A stretch of 63,370 nucleotides of DNA, filler included, from Choristocarpus tenellus KU-1152 (taxonomy: Eukaryota; Protista; Phaeophyceae): assembly GCA_964200185.2 (NCBI GenBank). It is 9 parts of 9 records of this genome, joined end to end, with 100 filler letters (N's around TTAATTAATTAA, not from the genome) between each part and the next. Parts side by side here need not be neighbours in the genome. Positions count along the whole stretch, not along the records: positions 21,426 to 37,140 come from CAXNAD020000942.1; positions 37,241 to 47,196 come from CAXNAD020003249.1; 7 more parts are not named here. One strand, given 5' to 3'. The position numbers and the translations under genes are program-made. Below the pieces are notes generated by a model. The model worked only from the letters and a program-made list of their open reading frames with translations, searched no databases and had not been told where the DNA came from. Of the stretch, positions 26,510-41,014 are shown piece by piece (the first letter of the stretch is position 1; every line of letters begins with the position of its first letter).

Positions 26510-28808
26510 AATGTCGAAAACTGTGATTTGTGTTGAACTGTTGAATGAATGAGGTGCTTGTAGTGGCATCCTGTACAAAATTGTATTCATTTTCTACCTT
26601 TTTATTCTCGTATTATTTCACACTTCCTTGCCTTGGTTGTGGGCAACTACCCCCCATGTTGTCCTCCTCCTGAGCTTATTGGTTCACGGTGTAAGGTTCT
26701 CTCACATCACTGCTAGTGTTAACTGCTATCGTTTTTGTTTCACTTCATTATTTTCTCTTTTCTAATACTTCATATTATTGATTTTTTGTGTACTTCCTTG
26801 TGTGGTCAATGTTTGAAGCACCATCACCGGTTCTGAACTTGTTCAAGATGCCAATGTTCTATCTATCGTGGTAGATACAACCAAGTGATGATATGTGTGT
26901 CTTGTTCTTGTTGACTTTTTTGACCTCTTGTATTCTTAAGCCATTTGGACTGCAGAGATCGGGACAACCCCCCAACTACAGAAACCTTGGCCCCCACCCC
27001 CCTCCCTTGTGTAATAAAGGTGATGTTAATACTACTAGTGGCCCTTTTTGTTCAAAATTTTCTTCTCTTTCCTGTGAGTTACCTCAGATTCTTGTCGTAG
27101 CTGCACACAAGCACCTGGGATTTTGGTGGCATGTGGGTGTAGTAGACAGAATAGGTGAAGATACATAGTTTGTTGTCTTTCTTATGTTGTTCTTGTTGCT
27201 GTTTTGTAAGTGTCTGTTGTTCTTCTCACACTGTATTGGCAGAACCAACAGCGACTATTTTGACCTTGTACTCAGTACTACTAGCAATAACTGCTACTGC
27301 TACTATAACCAACCACCAACTGCAGCGTTTGTTCGTTCTCTGTCTTGTGAGGTACATGGTGATGATGATGAAGTGCAGAAATCGTTGATCAATCATTAGT
27401 CTTTTTCTTGGTGAGTGTTGGTCCTGGACCCGATACCTCCACCTCTCTTGTTCGTCCAACGCCACTCACTCTATCTATTTTCTATTATTTGTCCTCCTTA
27501 CTGTTATTCAATTGTAGTTAGTAGCAACGCTCGTAGTAGTTCTGTTAGTACTACTAGTATTAGTAGTAGTAGTAGTGGTGGTGGTGGTGGTGGTTAATTA
27601 GTAGTACTAGCGGTATTGGTGTTACAGAAAACAAAACAGGTTCACACACAACACACTAATTTATCTTCAAAAAAGTCAACAATAGGCATCATGATCGTCA
27701 CTGAGCGACGTGCTACGACATGCCTTAAATGCCAACAGATTGCGCACAGGTGCACGATACTTTGATCGAGCCCTATTTCAACAAGCTCTCCACCAGTGGT
27801 AATCTATACAGCAGTATTCATGAAGATACTCCCTTCCAATTCCTTCTCACATAATTCAAAGGTAAAAAAAAACATTTCTTGGAATTCTCACTCTGGGTCT
27901 CAACAACCCACTCTGTGCTAAAGAATCCCGTCCTTACTTATCATATTAACTACTATATATTAATTACTCTGAGTACTAACTCCTGTTGCTGCACTACTAC
28001 TTATTCTATTTCCTCCATTCCTGCCTTGCTCTCTGTGTGTTGGGTTCAGCATTCCTACGGCTTGTCACTCCATCTCCTCCCTCCAATCTTGACACGTGTG
28101 CTTGACTCGCCCTTGAAGTTTCTACCTTGGTCTTGGTCCAGTGTTTTTGTGGTATCACCACAGCCAGGATAGTACCAAGGATGGGTGAGGGGTCGAGCTC
28201 TCGACCACCCAGTGGATAGATAAGGGTGTTTTCCTTGCACCTCGAATTCTAAGAACGCTATATCCAATCCATATGGAAACCTATATACATTTGGTTTATT
28301 CATATGCTATTCAACGCCTCACTCTTCACCAGTCAACACTATCTTCAGATATCAAGACGACGAACCGTATGCCTTCAACCTGTAACCCTCATGGCAAAGA
28401 GGTGACAATGGCTCAGCAGTGGTAATTCATTTTCTGGCATCTTCATTGGTAAGTCTTGATCCATCAAAATATTCTGATATAAATCTTTCCGATATCTCAA
28501 GAAACGGCCAGGGATGACAGACAAGGTAAAATGTCGTTAGGACGGACTCAGGCGTCAAAGGTAGGCTTCAACTGATATATTCGAATAGTATTGGCGTACA
28601 ATGTTGACGAGGAACATCGTTATCGCAGCTAGATTTCTGCGAAGAAAAAATTGTCGTCGAAAGGATTTGAACCCCCACAATTATCATCTCTAATCGAGTT
28701 ACCTCTTTCTATACCTGTAGACAGGAGAAAATCACAAAGCCTTGACTCTCATTTCAAATCCCAAAGACAAAATCGAAGGAACTCAAGCGCGAGGTTGTAT
28801 ACCACACT

Positions 28809-31800
28809 ATGATGACCGAACATTTGTTGCCAGTAGCGGATGACATCTCTGACCTTAGCTCCGACGAATCTTCTATACTTGGAAATGGCGCTGATGATAC
28901 CGAAACAGATTTAAGAGGAAAGGACTGGGTGGGCTTTGATACTGACTACTTTGACCTATCCAATACAGTCTCCAAGGAAGATGCGCCGTCCATGTGTACA
29001 GCGCCCAATCAATTGCCTGGTAGGTTTTCTTCGGCATCCACTTCTTTCGCTGTTAAGTCCGGCAATGGTGAGGAACCGGGCTTGAGCGAAATGGGCTCAA
29101 GGCATGAGGTTGGTAGCGTCGAGAAGACAAACCTCCATCTTCCAGTCTCAGGCGATGACGTCGAGTTATACTATCTCCTGGCATGTGATCACTGCAGGAA
29201 GGAATCAATCAAAATGGGTGTCGTGCATTGTGTCGGACGTCCGCGCCCTCATCTCTCTCCGAGAGTGGTCGTATCGCAGGTGAAGAGAAAATGTCCTCGG
29301 TACAAGCTTAGGCTCTCACCCAGGCAAGACGTGGAGATTGAATTTGAAGATGAAGGTGGTGACAGTAGGGGCCGGCTTCTGAAGTGGAAGGACGAGTACA
29401 AAGTCAACGCCCCATGTGCAGAATGCGCTGGTAAAGGGTTGGAAATCTGCCGTCAGAGAGGGCATGCTCTATTGGTGAGCTATCGTCATCATTAGTGTAT
29501 ATGGATGGGAGTCTCAGCTTGACTCTCTTTTCAAGGAATCACTACGATTAACCTCTATCCCAAAATGTGCAAAGCAGTATTCAAATAACTCTTACGTAGA
29601 ACGTGCTCATTAGGACGTACCCTTCCCTGTTCTCCCAACTCTCTCAATTGGGACATCAACTAGGAATTGCGCATCACTGATGTGAGGAAACGGGTTCGTA
29701 CATCGTCCAGAAGACCCACAAAAGTGCACATGAACGGTAAGGGAAAGAAGGTTCCCTCTAGAAAAGGAGGATTATTTCCGGAAAGTGATGTGCATATTGT
29801 CACCAGTAGGCGGGGCAAGACTGTAGAGCGACGGTGGATCAAATTTGGTGAAGTGTGTTACTACCTACCTAGTAATATATTCTTTGCTAATGGTGGGAAG
29901 ACATTGAGGGTGGAGGTGCAGCTTGGAAGATACTTAGTCAATGGAGAAAGATGTTCAAAAGGTGGAGGAAGTACATACCTGGCTTCTTTGCCAGCCACTG
30001 TGGACGACATCCTTTTGCTCAGGTAAGTGACCTCGTTCTTCTGTCTGCTGTGAAAGGTTCGATTTCATCTGTTACCATTTCGAGAGTATGGAGAAGGCCT
30101 TTTCTAGCCGCATATATGACCCTCTTTTACACTTGAGCTCATTCTGTACTGCAGCAATTAACATTCTGTGATTTGCCTGCCCTACTAACTGGCAGTGGTT
30201 TGTATTTGGAAATGTTTATGCTTGTGCTGATTGGCTCATCAGTGTGGGTGGTTTCACCAATCATGAGAAGTTGCAATTTGTTGCAGGTAAATGATAAATA
30301 ATGTTATAATTGGATGACTATAATGTACCCTGCATATATTTTCTAAAAGTGGTGAATTACCACAGGTTATTGTTAGTTACATATGATCACCCACGATTTA
30401 GCCTTGACACCATTTTATATAGCTCTAATTTAAGCATAAGGGTCAGGTATCCCCTATCTTCTCTGTGCTTTGGAATAAGTAAACCATTTTTTACACATAA
30501 CCAAGCGTTGTTTCTGTTCTTTGAGGCTGTCATGTCGAAGGGAGCACGCTATTTACCCATGACAGAAATGGTATCATGGATAAACTGTTGTGGCTTACTG
30601 GCCACATGCGAGCCATGTGTTTTTGGACAGTGCAGTAAAGGGGGTAAACGTCAACCCGATGCAGAGGAGGGGTCCACACTGCACTGTTTGTGGTGTTGTT
30701 TGGCACAGTATTCGTTGAAATTTGAGATTTTGGGAGCCTGTTATTCTCTTGTTCTGCCCACAGGGTGGCAAAGGCTGAGTGAAACACCCTCCCTCGTAAC
30801 GTGTTTTTTGGACACGTGTGATTTGAAGTTGACCTTCATTTAGATGGAGTGATGATAGGTTAGACGATGAAAAACACCAAACCACCATCTTTTTCCTCAC
30901 TTTAGCACTATATCCTAGAGTGCAATAATACCATCATTACTAGTGCTTGCTGGCAGCCTAGACTTGAATGAAGAATGAGTCAAAAGGAGCATGATACTCA
31001 CCCTAAATAGCCCCCTCACCTGCCAGAAGGGTCTGTGTGATCATTCATTATTAGGCGGCCACTGACGTTGTCTCTGTTTTTCCTTTGTAGTCCGGGCTTA
31101 CTGTGCTTGTTTTTGGGCTTCTGGTGTGCGCTTGCTTTATGTATCGAGTTGGATGTGAGTTCAGCGGGGAATAGGGGAGGACGCAATATGTGCAGTGTGT
31201 GTTGCGCATCTAACTGCTGTCCATCACATCTTGAAGTATCTCTGCGTGGTTTTATCGTGAGTTGTTATATCAGCATGTGTTGAAACTTACAAATGAGCTC
31301 GTCGTTTTCTTGTTAACAGACATCTGCGCCTTCAATCAACCATTTGAACAGTATCGCTAGACATCCTGATTGCTGGAGCATTTACGTAGCATTCTTTTTT
31401 TTTTTGTTCTGGCTTGATCAGTACTTTATCGAAATCAAATCCACAAGCTCAAGGAAGCCTACAGCATATTACTATACTTTCAAGATATGTCATCCTTTTC
31501 TTACTCCTTGGTACACTTGATGTCTTCTTTTCCTCATGGCACAGATCATTCCTTGAAAGAGTCATTCCGCCCCGAGGTAAGAACATTGGTGGAAGCCCCA
31601 GCACCTGTGGCTTGCATCCAATTATTGTAGGTCAAGTTTATCGCCACTGGAGCAATCTGCACTCAAGAGAGAATGGGGACAAGCACAAGTTCGGAGCAGA
31701 GGAACTTGTCTCGATATCTGCCCCTACCTCTTTGCCGAGGAATGGAAAGGGGAACGCAGGCGTTCGGGGTGGTGGTGATACTCCTGACGATGATATCCCT

Positions 31801-33126
31801 ACTGTCTCCCTGACAGTAGCAGAGCTTGAGTCCTTGAGAGACAGCAAGCAAAACCTGGTGCAAACCGTGTTGAATGCCCTTCGGGAAGATCCTAATGTGC
31901 TTAGAGGTGAGCTGGAGGTCTTGTCTTTCCCGGAGTCTTCCCCCAGACAGCACCCTTCTGAGGCAGCATTGCCATCTTGCAAGGCTGTGGGGGAGGTGAA
32001 GGAAGGCTGCGAAAGGAAGGATGTTAAGGATAGTGAAGAGCAAGAAGACAATGTCGAAGTTGATGATACAGCTATTTGGCCTCAGGTATGTGACAGGGTT
32101 TGTGATGAGGTTGGGAAAACGTCGGTCGCTGTTCTCGTCAAGGAGGATAGAACGTGTTGGGAAGCTGGCAGTAACACGCTCAGTGCTTCGGCCGAGGAGA
32201 GCACTGTGTCGGAGGAGGATGTGGTCCTTTTGGATCATGGTTTAGTGCGAGTGGCAGGAGAGGATGCACGAGTGACAGGGGAGGACGCACAAGTGGCAGG
32301 AGAGGACACACAGGTTGAGGGCCGCAGAGAAGATGAAGTCATTGAAGAGGATGGGAAAGCAACAGATGCGGGTAACCCTGGTGGTGGCAATCTGCTTTTG
32401 CATCACAAGTCCTCAAGAGTAGACGTGTCAAGGTCACTATTACCCCGAGAGCGGGAGAATGCAACTTGTAATGGCAAGGTAACCAAGGACAGGAAGAGGA
32501 TACAGCGAAGCGGTCAAAAGAGGAAGACTGGACCTGGTGAGGACGCGGCAAATTCCACCGCCTCAGGTGGGAACAGAGGTGAGTGCGAGGAGGAGGATTC
32601 TGCCACCTGGTCACCTGAGTCACATTTCCACCTCAAATGCTCAAAATCGGACTTGTCAAGCTCATTATTTTGCGGTAACAATGCGAGTTGTGATCGCAAG
32701 GAAGACAAGGGTGAGCGGGTGAGAGAGGAGAGTAGGCAAAAGAGGAAGACACGGCATCGGGAGGACGCTGTGAATTCTGCTGCTGGATGTGAGGCTGTAG
32801 GTAAGTTTACGGAGGAAGACTCATCCACAACGGGATGTGAGTCAAATGGAAATTCAGTTATGCATTTCACTTCCCAGGCTAAGAGCATGTTGAGACAGGC
32901 GCTGGAGAGGAATGAACAGGTCTACTTGGAGTCTGTATTGAGACTAGAGGTCGAGAAAGAGGAACTTCGGGAAAGGAAGGAGAGGCTGATGATGGACGAA
33001 GAAAATCTTAGGATGAAAGAGAAGCTTGGCCTTGATGTATACCAGTCAAGCAAGGCGCTGTGCCTGCAGCGACTTAGGAGTCTTAATGGTCAGGAGGAAG
33101 ATGTGCTGGAAGAACCAATGCAGTGA
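28809..33126 (+). CDS. Hypothetical protein, ~868 aa, 3 exons (28809-29474, 29664-30022, 31545-33126)
   Basis: Three ORFs join in phase at canonical sites (TTG|GTGAG...TAG|GAA; AG|GTAAG...CAG|A), 2607 nt with no internal stop. Cys/His clusters CDHC...HC and CAEC...C...H, a (VAGEDAR)x3 repeat, and a C-terminal E/R/K coiled coil. Confidence 0.75.
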
Positions 33127-36100
33127 GAGTAATACTGCAAGCGTAGTGTTGTGGATATACCACTAGCGCTGATGCTCGTAGAAAATGTATATACTCCAGA
33201 GTACTTTGTATGTATGCAGCCTTGACTGTTTGCACTGCTACCCAGTAAGGTGTGACTCTGTTGATGGGAGTGTTGACTCACCTCCCTTCCATATTTGCTC
33301 GCTATGTTGCTGGGGAAAGGCTACTGTGTTGTGCACTGCATTATGTGCTGCCTAAAGTTGCTGCGAACCTGGTTAAAGTTAGGGTGGTGGGTGGGGTGGC
33401 GGAGAGCTAACTACTAGATTTTGTCTTTTTGAGGGTGCGTTAGATATCCTCTGCCCACTGAGTTGGGATAGTATTCCAAAAATAGGTGACCATGAATAGA
33501 GGAGAGGAGAGAGTGTCAAGAGGATCCCCTTAGTATGGAGGTCCCGAATTCAACAGGTGGCATGTTGTTGGAGGGTGTCAGATACTAGTGTGCTGGGGTG
33601 TATTTGTTGATGGAGATTTTGTTGTCTTGGGAATATATTTGTGTTGATCTCTCTATATAATGGGAAGTCAAGTTAGTGGGGATGATTTTATCTCAGTATG
33701 CTTTTTCCGTTTTTCATCATATTTTTTCCGGAATAGATGTATGTGGTGTGTAAGATTACACCCCAAAGCACAATATGTATGTAAACACTCCATTGGTTAG
33801 ATGATACATTTGTCTTCCAGCTTTTCTGATACATGCTGCTCCTGTGAATGTAATGTCCTTGGAGAACACACATTGCGTGTATATCACTAAAGGATACACA
33901 ACCTGAGCAGAGCACTTCAGAAACGCAACTGTTATGGAGTACTATGTTGCAATATATGTATAAGTGAAGTGAAAATTTCATAGCCCTTGAAGTAGGTTAC
34001 ACCAGATGAAGTGGTATAGCATGTGTGTTGGTTGCGTTGTTGCTTTGTTGCATTACTATTGCAAGGAGCACTGCCTTGTGGTATGCGGGTTTGTAAAATC
34101 TATGTCCTCACCTTGAAGATGGGGGGTTACACATTTTGGTAAATAAAGTGTGCCGAATTTGTGACTGATTAGTTTTGGTTGAGTCTTCACAGTTTTAAAA
34201 ATCATTTGCTAGGGATATATGGAGGTGAACCCTTAGTGTAGAGCTCTGAATTGCCAAGCATTATCAACTATTCACACGCAAGACTTGGAGGGAAACAAAC
34301 ACATGCGACAAGCAAGGACTGTTCTTCTTTTCCATCACAAGAGCAAAGTCAGTGTTTAGCACCTCATTACATTTCCCCATTCTTGATCATGTGTCTTGTT
34401 CATGATGAGTGATGCCAACTCTAAGCGACATAGTGGGGGGGTCTGTGGGGTGAATGCATCGTTTCAACTCAATGTATAGTTGGATTGTCCTAGAATGGTT
34501 TGACATGTTGTCACACTTTCTCTGTATAGAAGCAATCTCTCTTTTATCAAAAAATGTCTCGTACGGTTGATATGAGCACTCTACATGTGACCGAAAAATT
34601 AACAAATTTTGCACTTTTTCACAAACACAGGCTTCATATAAATAGTTAACCATTTTTGCCCATCTGCTGTTCCTCGCCTGCAACACGGTTGATAGATACT
34701 GTAATATCCGTTCAGGTTGTTCCCTTCCCACCCTACACTGTGCTGTCTTGTTCCATACATACAAGATACTACTACTGTGTGGCACTATCAATGCGGTAAC
34801 TGTCGAAGAAGAGGAGGTGTTTAGTTCTTTCCTCATTTTGAGTTTTTGGAGTAGACGTTAAACACCTGAAGTGAGGCAAGTTTGTTTTCGCCAGACACGC
34901 TTGAACTAACATGGTGACATGTGTGTGTATTCTAGAGGATGGCTCATAATGTTCCTACCGCGCAATAAATGACTTCGATGTTGTACAATGTATGCTCTTA
35001 AAAACACAGCTCTAGTGGGGAGCTGCCAACACAATAGTTTTGACAGTGTCTATGTGTCGTATGGTTTTCTTATTTGAGTCAGAAGGACCATACTCTACTG
35101 ATTTTTACCAGAAAATTTAGCTAGCTGGTGGGACTGGTCTCGAGTCTGTGAATGGCTCTCAACCATGCTTTGACAATATGCGCACTGGGGTATGACCTCT
35201 ATGGCTAGAGACCCTCCTACCTATGATATCTATGTACAGTACATGTATTTATGTTCATGTGGTCACAACATTTACAGTTTCTAATATATAGCCATCTGGT
35301 AAGGAATATCCTACACTCATATCAGGTAAGTGTATAGAATGGACTCAATATACTACACTACTGTGTATAGAATGATACAAATAAGAAAGCTGAACGAGGT
35401 CTTTAACATCACAACAAAACATATGACCCTTCAGGTAGAAAAGTGGAGACTTCGGGAGGCAAAGGACTCTGTCAATAATTCTCAGGTTGACTGGGGATAT
35501 TGTTTCAGTCAGACCTACCTGAATACTCACATCAACCCTGAGGTAAACACGCATTCATGGGTGATAGATGGGAAAAGTAATACCAATGAAAGTATTGAAA
35601 ACAACAAGATTGGCACATGCTGCATGTACAAAAATCAATATCGCATGCTATACATAGATTCACCACATCTTTTGAAGTACTCCCAAGTACTGTATCTACA
35701 TATATCCATCCAGCACATACATCATCGCCGTATACTGTGCTTATCAGGAAGTGCTACCGAAAGTTTGATGAGATTTATGCTTGCCGTTGTTCACGGAAAC
35801 AAGCCAATCTCCTCTTCCTGCCCAGCGGTCTTCTCTCCATGCAATAATATGCACACTACCCTCCCATCTTAATTGAAGGGTGTTGAAACGTTGCACATTC
35901 ACTCCCTGGGGGTGGCCAGAGAGATGGGGGAGAAGGAGACGTGCCATTTCCCACAACACTCAGGATTCCAGGATGGTGTCGAATATCAATTCCTAGCGCT
36001 GGTGCCGATTCTTCATCAGTGTATACTCCCATCCGAAGTGATCCCACAACATTGTTTTCATTGTTTCTGAAATGGTTGCTATTGCCCTTCGCTCATTGGA

Positions 36101-37054
36101 GAGCAAGAATGGCAGAAAATGGGGATTGTGCAATTTGTGAGATTTTCGAGAGTGATACAATCTAAGAGGGGTGTGTCGTTGAATGCCCTAGGACTGCCTC
36201 GTATGATGCATTTTAGGGAGGAACTTTCGATTGACAATGTGTCTACACGTAATACATTCTTCTTGCTACAACCTTGTAAGGAGGGCCAAATGCAGTTTCA
36301 GCATGAGCATGCTGCACTCTTCCAAAGGTTAAAATGGACCTCTTTTACAAATTTAAATGGGTCAAAATCGCCCCCCCCCTTAGTTGACTTCACCCCAATG
36401 TGGACGTGGAGGGTATGCAGGTTGGTCTATTCTGACAAAACGAACGGCTCATAGAGGTACGGAGAGCTACCTGAGGGAGATAGGAACAATTTCGAAATCA
36501 TACTCGAGAGTACCTGATAAATACGTCAAAGTGAAGAGCAATGCCAAATCCTTTGCCCTTACATGTGAATCTTCTGGCATCATCGTTTGTTTGGGTGTTT
36601 CATATTCTGCTAGACTATGAATAGTCGAGCACACACTGCATGTATAATCTGTTGATGATGCATCGCAGGCAAGGGGAAAAATAGGTGACAAGACCTCTTA
36701 TTCCTAATGTGAGAAAAACACGTTTATTATAGCCTGTTTCAGTGCACAGGGGAAACTCCGTCTTTGGGAATAACCACAGTCATCCTTTATTGGTTCTTCA
36801 CGCACTTGTTAGGGCCATCTGTCAAACACAGGATAGGGTTAGCGTTAGGGTTGGGGTTATGTTCTCAAAATGTGTGCAGAAAATTATTACAAGATGGCAG
36901 TGGCTGATCCTTGAGAGGTGACAGTTCTCCAGTGCACTGCACTACTGCACCACAATGTAAAACTTCTCCCACAAAGTATCCTTGGCTTGATAGGACTATT
37001 TATTACACACAGTGTAGGGTTAGGGTGATGTTTTCCACAATGCATATTTCAAAA

Positions 37055-37140
37055 GAGCCAAAGTATCTGGGGGGGGGGGGTGGCGGCTGTCCATTTGGGG
37101 CCAATTTTTTCATGTCGGGATTTTGTGTGATTTGGTTGCA
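37055..37140. mobile_element. MITE family A end at contig terminus
   Basis: GAGCCAAAGTATCT-G-tract-TGGCGGCTGTCCATTTGGGG; reverse complement of the right half of family A. Confidence 0.8.
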
Positions 37141-37240
37141 NNNNNNNNNNNNNNNNNNNNNNNNNNNNNNNNNNNNNNNNNNNNTTAATTAATTAANNNN
37201 NNNNNNNNNNNNNNNNNNNNNNNNNNNNNNNNNNNNNNNN

Positions 37241-37280
37241 CAAATGGACAGCCGCCACCCCCTCCCAGATACTTTGAGCC
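37241..37280. mobile_element. MITE family A end at contig start
   Basis: CAAATGGACAGCCGCCACCCCC..AGATACTTTGAGCC. Confidence 0.8.
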
Positions 37281-37310
37281 ATTCAAATTTGATCTGACGA
37301 AATTTCTCAC

Positions 37311-38443
37311 CCCGATAACAACTTCCAATCCCCCTCCTTTGATCAGTCGGTCTTTGTTGCCTTTGTGATTGTTGAGGCAATTACGCAGCCCCCACAGCAC
37401 GGGAATCATCAACTGGACCTCAGTTTCCTTGTTGCAGATTCCCAACAGTACATCGATTCCACCTAGCTCCCCTACCTCAGACTGCTTGGTGAGATATGCC
37501 TGTATCAGAAGGGTAATGTGAAGAAGTGTTGGCGGGTCCAACATCTTTCCTTTTTTGCTGAGAGAAAAGTCAAACTATCTTGGGGGGTAGAGTCGTGTCC
37601 ATTTCGGGACCAAAATCCAATGTTGCGATTTCGATGCAATTTTGGCTATCGTGTTTGTTAGGAAGAGTCAATATCCATGTTCTGGACATACCTTTTCATG
37701 ACATAAACACATTACCTATTTCGAAACATTTTGGAGAAGGAAAATGTCATAAAAGAACCTATGGGAAGCCAAGCCCCAAATGGACAAACAGGGCAAAACT
37801 TGTACCTTCTAAGATACTTCCACTCAGAAGCACCAACAAGGCTAGGACGAGTCTGGTATTTCATAGGAGCCCCGTACCTCAGCTGGAAAGTTGCTTCTGA
37901 AATCAGATCCAACTCCCTCTAATTTGTTGCGAACAAGTTAACTTCACAGACAATAATACACAGGTGACTCTGTGATGTTTTTCCAAGTCTCACCATCTGC
38001 AAGTCCTAACCCTACTGACAGACCTGAGCGTAGCTGCTCAGTCAGCTTCGTCTCCTATCTAGATCATCACACCATGATCTTCCAAATTGTTGATGTCGCA
38101 CCAACAAGCAACCACTTGGCACCTAAAGTACCCCAGAGTACTCTGACAAGGTTTGAGTGGAATACCAATTACTCCGAGAAGTTACTAAGCGTAAGAAAAA
38201 TAATTTGATCTTAATAAGTTATTAGAAGTCTCTGAACTAAAAAAGTCAAGCTTGCACTTCATTTTTCTGAAAATGTCAAGTTGTGTCCACTGAAACAGAA
38301 CCTTATGTCTGATGTAATATCAAGTAAGGAATCTCTGCCCCAAGGGACGAAGCATTTACATATCGAGGTAGGCATATGACCAGAAATTTGAATGGATTGT
38401 GTCGTGTACTTGAAGCTGTGATCAAGAAAGATTTGGTTATGAA

Positions 38444-38482
<39 letters not shown>

Positions 38483-40948
38483 GCTGAACTGCATGGAATG
38501 TGTAAGGAAGAGGAAGGTGGTCCCAACAAGAAGCACAGACATAATACTCACAAAATATGCCCGCCCACTACAAAGGAAAACACCAAATGCAATTCACATC
38601 AATAGCAGTGGGGGGCATTTGCGTGAGTCACCGGTATCATAGAGATACAATATAATACTCAAGGTGTTTCCTTGTAACCGCTACATGGTAAAAGGTCTGA
38701 CCTCTTCAGCAAGGGCCTCTGCCGCTAGTTTTTGTCCTGAAATGTTGTCTTCCATTGACAACATGCCCAGAAGTTCTCTTGTTCCCAGCTCCTTCCTGAC
38801 ACTTTTATCCTCAGTTCCTGTGGTATTGAGAGCTTCCAGAATCTTGGTGGCCAGGTTGCGTATCTGGACCCAGACAGTACGAAATTTCATCTCAATTCTT
38901 GCGTTACCATAAAATTAATCTGATGTTTTGTAATGTTGTCGGTGAAAGCTTCATTGAGCTACTACTGTCCTATGGAATGTTTGTGTGAAGTACCACTTAA
39001 CACCTCCTGCAACGTTCTTTTTTGTAGGGTTTGAAAGAGATGAAAAACACAATGTTGAGCTTTGAAATATAGATATTGTTATGGCCCAAAACTCTACCAC
39101 ATTTCTACATGTCCCCACTAGCTTGTGTTCGCTGGGATTCACAAGAATGTGTTCATAACAAGCCAGCTGCTGTGGTATGCTCAAGGATACCATCCCATGG
39201 CACCGAGCTCTTGTGTACTCCTGAGTATTGATATATGAGAGATAAGTCTGAGTCATTCAAGACATGAATGTCCATATAAGGCTTGCATATGGTTGGGAGA
39301 GGGAAATTTGAGGTAACATCGGCTTTGATAAATAATGCTCCAGCTGACGAATAGGATAACTACTCCAATTGGAAACTTTCTGTCGTTCTCTTGAGGAAAT
39401 TTCCTTCGTCTAGGCATCCCTAGTGGAATGTTCGCACCTCAGATAACTTTATGCTCAACACCAGAAATGTCCATGAAGCTCGGTCAACCGAAATAGTCGT
39501 TGTCATGACAATGCTCAGGGCCATCTACCCTGTAAGTTCCGCTGCTATGACAAAGTTTGGGATTATTTTCTCTTCAACATCTGTTACCCAGGGCAATGCA
39601 TGGGGTACACATACCCACAAAGTCTGCCGTCTGGGAAAAGGATCAGGGCTATTTTCGTTGTGGCGTCCATTATCAGGGCAACACCCCCGAGCCATTTCCA
39701 GTGCAATGTCAGTTGCCCAGGACAACATCCGACGCCATTTGCTCTATGATATTCATCTTCATTTGTAACTCAGGGGCATTCTGGGTAAACACTTCAAGTA
39801 TATACAATGCACATGACCACATTAAATGTTTGTCCAGACATGCCTGTCCAGAGCCGGAACACTTCTTGCCACTGTTGTCTCTCTCTCAGTTGCATTTCCC
39901 CCCCTCTCCTTGCTCTCTTGTTTCACCATCTAGAGGGATATTCTATGATGTTGATCGTTGACTGGGATGACAAGATATGGATGCCATTCTCAATTCCAAC
40001 ATTTTGTTAATACAATAGGCCAATATTTTGAGATGAGTCTTCAGCTTTTGTGACAATTTATTCAATACTCAGATTGAAAATGAGAAACACCTTGTGAGGA
40101 GATATTGTACTAAATATTATTACACCCAGACCCACGTGGCTCGATTGACCAGACTGTCTGCGCAGAGCTTTGATGTTCTACTCCAATACACGGCTCGAAA
40201 ATCGGAGGCGTGACTAAAATCCGAAGCATGTCGCTGTACTGCATACACATGGACTACCTAGTAAAGTTTCCAAAACTCTTTCCAATAAAATACATCCTTA
40301 TTTTCGTATCATAGTCGAGAACCAGGAATGTAGAAATTCCCCTCAGGGTTAGACATGAGAGAGCAAGGGAGGGGGGCCAGGTGATCACCAAGAGAGAGAC
40401 AGGGACGACAAGGTGTGTGCTGGTGCTGGTGAGGCTGTCTCCACAATAACGTGTATTACATTTAAGTGTTACGGATGCGGGGGGTATTACTGTTGCAAAA
40501 TTTTTATCTTAGGTACGTCACACCAAAAGGGAAGAGCATCACATTGGGCTTCGGGTTTGCCACTTATCTGTTGAAACAATGCCTTTGTACCGGCCAGTCC
40601 ATATCCCAAGACATTGCACTTTCACGTTTTGGAGTATTATTGATGTCCATGAAATGTCTATCGTCACAATGATTGGAGCTGATTTAAGTATAATGCCAAC
40701 TCTTTGGAGAATGTTTGGGATATTTTCATTTGGCTTTTCATCAGGATGGCCAAATGTGAAGGGACCAGTCTGTGATCGGGATAGGTACCAGTATTCTCTG
40801 ATGTACCCGGACCAGAACCGTCAGGAATTGCATCTCGACCAAGCTGTGAACTGGCCTGCAGTCAAGTCTACATAGATGGGTACATAGTCGGCATGTTCTG
40901 ATCCCACTAAATTTTGTCACGCTGACGTTGAGGAGAGTGTCTAAAGGG

Positions 40949-41014
<66 letters not shown>

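Noticed and set aside
35715-35745. YGDD motif on the minus strand suggesting an RT/RdRP
   Set aside because: Isolated match in a stop-interrupted frame with no other polymerase motifs.
37055-37280. A single MITE spanning the gap
   Set aside because: Both sides carry the same end of family A in opposite orientations, so they are different copies on different contigs.
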